A DNA stretch of 64,000 nucleotides from Haplodiscus bocki (taxonomy: Eukaryota), in assembly GCA_965655095.1 (NCBI GenBank), contig OZ296649.1, positions 96,286,001 through 96,350,000 on the forward strand, given 5' to 3'. Shown here one piece after another: positions 60,700-64,000 of this stretch (positions are counted from its first letter, which is position 1; every line of letters begins with the position of its first letter). The notes under the pieces were generated by a model. That model ran no database searches, was not told the DNA's origin, and saw only the letters and a list, made by a program, of their open reading frames with translations. Made by a program: the position numbers and the translations under genes.

Positions 60700-63400
60700 T
60701 TATGGACTCTTGATTGGTAGGTGAATGAAAAACGGCAATCAGAAAACAGTAGCGGGGAGGCAACTTGGAAGGAAGTTAATGCAAAATGCAATTAGGTTGA
60801 AACGGAATCTCTTTGATTTCACACACTTAGCCAATTCTTCCGCCGGATGTGAATGATTTATCGCATGATGTGGTCTCAACATTTCTCGACCGGAACAATT
60901 AAGATAATCAAATGTGGAGCCCAACTCCAGGAACTCGCCGGGAACGTTCAACACGAGTCTGCTCATACAATGGGTGCTAATTGGGGCCTAAACCTCTAAA
61001 GTACTTTGGAAACGGTATTCATTTTTACCTGAAACATTTCGGACATACGGACTATGCAATCAGACAAAAACAGCTTGTCGACGCACGTTTCAATTTAGTG
61101 AATCAGAAGCAGCCCATAGTTCTTCACTTGAATACATGACAAATGCAGCAGTCGTTGCAACACCCAAGCAAGCAGAAATAAAAGAGAAGAGCTCGAAAGC
61201 AGAAAGGGAACAGTGGGACCAGTGTGAAAATTACGAGGCTCTAAAAGCGACTGATGAAAAGTGTGAAAAAGGGCGTACTAAATGATATTACTGCCCGACA
61301 GAGAGCCAATGAATAGGCAACTGCAAACAAATTGAAAAGAGGATGAAATTGAGCTTCCACTGCAAAGACTCTACTCAACGCACAAATTAGGAGACGATGA
61401 TTCCCATATTTTTCACCGAGGAACTGGAATAGAAGAATGATTTGTTTCTGTTGTGTACGAAACATCAAATTATTTAAAAACAACGCTGACCTTGTTTTTA
61501 ACATCAACCACCATATGGTATACTTTTGGAGTTTGCTGTGGTACATGAACGATTAACTGTTGAAAAATCTGTCCTACTGTTAGAGCTCACCTAACTGAAG
61601 GGAGGGGTTGTGGAGGGGCATGTGAAAATTAAGACCAGATTCACAGTGAAGAGTGGAAAAAAATATTCAACTACTCGCCAAGACGTGCAGCCTATCGGGA
61701 GACTATTTAGTAGTCGGTAAAATAAGCTGTTGACTTGAAATGGTTACAGTTTTGTGATTGATTACAGTATCTTCATCTGTCATCCCAAAGCTGATAATAG
61801 AGAAACACATTAGGTTTACATTCCTTTTAATATAAGCTGGATGATAATTCATTTCCGCTTGTGTCACATACGGGTGATCAACCTGGAATTAGATCCAAAT
61901 ACTTCCAGCAGCTATATGCCTTTTTTGTCAAGTTTCACCGATCTAATTTAATAGACTAATTTAAAAAGACTAGACGTCAATTGAACATGTCTTCTAGCAT
62001 CGAATCTCGGTCGGCGACATCAATCAACATTGATTGGCTCTTTTTAATCAGTTAATTGTAGGGTGGATATGCTTTTTCCGACGGTTTCAACAATCGTTTC
62101 ACAACATCGAGGCAGAAAAGACGACGGATAAAGTGAAGGAAAATTTTCTGTTACAACTTGTCATACTGATTCCTATAGTCTTATATGCAAAACCTCATTT
62201 GAGAAAAACTGTCAAAGACTTCCTATTTATGGCAGATCAATTTTCGCTGTACTAGCATGAACAGGTGACAAAGGGAAAAAACTGACCTTGAAAAAGAATT
62301 TCAAAAAGTAATCAGACATCTCCAAGTTGACTATGATCAATTTGGTGAATAACACAACAGTTTTTATTCAATAGCACCTTTAGCGGTAAATAATCTTTGC
62401 AAAGTACCAAGGGGAAGGAAACCAGAACTGATCCCTGACGAACATGTATTTTGATATCACATGGTCTGATTTTATTTCCCTTCAAGCTAGCAAACTGTGA
62501 TGGTTTTTCCAATCATTCAAGGGAGAAACTTATGGACTTAACGAAATTCATGTCATCCAGTTTTGTCAGGTGGAATTCAAGAACTCAGGGTGTCAACTGT
62601 TTTCTGGAAAACCATGAATCAAAGTTGGCCGTTGCTTTTTGTCAATACACCTCGTATGAGCAAGGCTGGGTATGATTCTGCGTGAGTGTGAGAGGTTGTG
62701 GGTCAAAAATTTAAGAGTTGATGGCCTCCACTTAATTCTGACCAACCTTCCGCAAAAATTTTTCAGTGTTTGTACTCGAAGAGTTCAGAAGACGTCGAAG
62801 TCTATAATTCTCTGTTTTACCGGTTATTTTTTATACAGGGCTAAGAACTTGACAATTTTCAGTTTCATCCACGTAAAGAAAAAACCATTTTCGTGACAAA
62901 AACATATTTTCCTTCAACAATATTGAAACAGCACTTGACATCTTCTTTGGAGTTCCTACCGCAATTTGAGCGTTCTCGTTTTTTTTTTACTTTTGAAAAA
63001 ACTTTCTGATTTTCCACTTCATCAGGTGCATGTACGTACCTATTTCTTTGCGACATTGAAACCTCTTTAGATTTTTCTCGTTCAATGATTTGCGATCAAA
63101 ACGCATAACCTACAGATTTAAGAAACTCAATCAAAACATCACTCCTTGGTTGTCGTCTCCCATTCGCAAATTGGTTTCTCTTTGACTTGAGTATTTTATG
63201 GATTTTTCTTGCTGTTGGTTTGGGTTCATTGATTTTAAGCTCGTTTTGTCTTTGGTCGCCTTGAAGAAATGACGACGCTCTGTTGATATTTTTCAGGTGG
63301 ATGGTAGAATTGTGGTTTTTGATATATCCTTTTTTTTCGCAAAAAAACCACATCCCTCGGGTTTTTTTCAAAACGCCTACAATTTCAAGCCCTATTGTTG
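60700..63400 (-). mobile_element. Possible decayed LTR-retrotransposon pol (RNase H end/integrase) on the minus strand
   Basis: Weak motifs only: IRPCDIKIHVRQGS (like the post-RNase H YDFKIEYRPG segment) and a KL...HSPYV GPY/F-like segment near 61040-61075. Confidence 0.3.
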
Positions 63401-64000
63401 CTGTGGAAAAAGAATTGGTTAAAAAATGCATATGATCTTGGGCTGAATTTTAGCCGAAAAGACGCGGGAAAATTTTCCGCAAATGAGTTTTTTAACAGTA
63501 ACATTTTGGATTTTCGTAAATCCAAATGACTTTTTTGGCCTAAAAAGTACTGTGATGCAACCTCATAGAGCACCGCTTGTCAACCTATTTTTTTCTCAAT
63601 TGTACAATCATCATATCAGAAAAAAAACGATCTCACAAAAAAGTCCGCCACAGAGAACACACCGGGATTTTCTTTTTCTTAAAACCTATTTTAGCTGAAA
63701 AACCTTTAAAATTTGTACATCATCTATCCGCCCCTTCTATGAACTGTTTTATTGTGAGGATTACATTTCATCAAACAATTCACAATTTTTCTTTTTTTCC
63801 GAGGAACTTCTACCAATCTAAGGAGGTTTTGACGAAAACAGTTTTTGAGTCAGAGCCTTTTTTGTTAACCGTGAAAATATACAGTCCAAAATTTCGTTTT
63901 CGGACGTCATGTCTTTTAACCATTAGTCGTAAGGCTCTAGATTGCAAGATTACTCTTCTACGGGTAGCCGTTCACATGTAAGAAAGCTTCCGCCAGGGAG

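Overview
AT-rich, repeat-dense eukaryotic (animal-type) genomic DNA, not a prokaryotic window; almost all short ORFs in the track are spurious. Two host genes are supported: the last coding exon of COQ4 (19432-19855, +; upstream exons not found) and an uninterrupted 1173-aa protein 4.1/coracle-family FERM ORF (23131-26652, +). From the FERM stop codon a 13.4-kb tandem array follows: three near-identical 3,950-bp units and one older, diverged, deleted copy (26643-40015). The rest is a transposon graveyard. It holds two decayed copies of one Ty3/Gypsy family (1-4714 and ~53170-59800), and the second carries four diverged ~1.19-kb tandem copies of its RT-core/RNase H module. There are also two copies of a long LTR that itself encodes the start of an ORF (8819-10566 solo LTR; 48713-50358 truncated, minus strand), a decayed hAT transposase with a BED finger (45525-~47450), three copies of a Helentron/DINE-1-like non-autonomous element, tRNA-like SINE-type fragments and small tandem repeats. 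I found no convincing wholly new biological system. The most unusual structures are the RT-RNase H tandem array, the two-stage tandem amplification anchored at the FERM stop codon, and the ORF-carrying LTR. All alignments were done by eye, so boundaries marked ~ are approximate.
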